A stretch of 63,055 nt of DNA, counting the filler, from Kipferlia bialata (Eukaryota), in assembly GCA_003568945.1 (NCBI GenBank). It is 7 parts of 7 records of this genome, joined end to end, with 100 filler letters (N's around TTAATTAATTAA, not from the genome) between each part and the next. Parts side by side here need not be neighbours in the genome. Positions count along the whole stretch, not along the records: positions 61,502 to 63,055 come from BDIP01001540.1; 6 more parts are not named here. The stretch is one strand, 5' to 3'. The notes beneath the pieces are model-generated. The model made no database searches. It had not been told where the DNA came from and saw only the letters and a list, made by a program, of their open reading frames with translations. The translations under genes and the position numbers were made by a program. How positions within the stretch are numbered: the stretch's first letter is position 1; each line of letters starts with the position of its first letter. Positions 62,539 through 63,055 of the stretch are shown in pieces.

Positions 62539-63055
62539 TATGATTGAGGGAGGCAGACGGGAGGGGAGCTGAGAATAGATATTCATTAGAAGCTGACATG
62601 GTATTGTCTGTTAGAAAGTGCTCCACACAAACATGTGGACACTGATATTGTTTGATGAGTCAGAAGTTGCCAGTTGAACTGATGAAGACTCTGGCGCGGG
62701 TTCAATTCCCAGTGCCAACCCTTACATTACCGTCTCTGCGGCACCGACATGACTGTTTAAGTCAGCCACTGTTTGTATCCCTATTTCCTCTTTGCGGGAT
62801 CGGTATGTCCGCTGAGGATGCGCCGAGAGAAGAGGACCCGCCTGAGGTCCTGTTCTTTGGACCCCGACAGGCCGGAAAGACTGGAATCATTACCAGAATC
62901 AGACGTGAGTACCATTTCCAGAAGTCAAATGCTGTAGCATGTGTCATAGGCCGCCACTGTGTCAGAATATATATGTACATACTGTGGCCATGTTACTATA
63001 TTTCTTCTACCCCCCCCCCCCCCCCCCCCCCCCACACACCTCTGTTTCGTGCTGG

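Noticed and set aside
62690..62722. tRNA-like T-loop hairpin (tggcgcgggttcaattcccagtgcca)
   Set aside because: It forms a small hairpin with a B-box-like loop, but I could not build acceptor, D and anticodon arms. tRNAscan or Infernal would settle it.
62762..62980. Minus-strand ORF at the window end
   Set aside because: It may be the terminal exon of a gene beyond the window, but it is too short and has no recognisable motif to support a call.

Overview
This is eukaryotic, very intron-rich draft-genome DNA. It consists of six ~10.1-10.2 kb contigs in decreasing length order plus the start of a seventh, joined by artificial 100-bp spacers (N44-TTAATTAATTAA-N44), so gene neighbourhoods across spacers mean nothing. 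The (TA)n/(CT)n-rich introns, branch point fused to the 3' splice site, heptad-less RPB1 tail, PFL-activating enzyme and IscU with a presequence point to an anaerobic metamonad (Kipferlia-like fornicate; inference). Hand-spliced genes: a DYRK kinase (truncated) abutting the 3' half of RPB1 across a poly-C tract, two hypothetical proteins, an LPCAT/LPEAT acyltransferase head-to-head with IscU, DNA2, a large unknown gene, a PFL-activating radical SAM enzyme, an intronless Kelch protein, a long coiled-coil protein, a possible divergent AMP-binding enzyme, a probable IPP isomerase 3' end and proteasome beta1. The main discovery is a pervasive 'exon-echo' architecture. Many introns carry 1-4 partial copies of the adjacent exon end with its splice site. 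Acceptor-side copies lie upstream of the intact exon and donor-side copies downstream, each followed by different intronic sequence. Many copies differ from the exon almost only at synonymous sites, and they tend to decay with distance from it. This suggests a polarised process that replaces exon ends with copies from diverged functional alleles.
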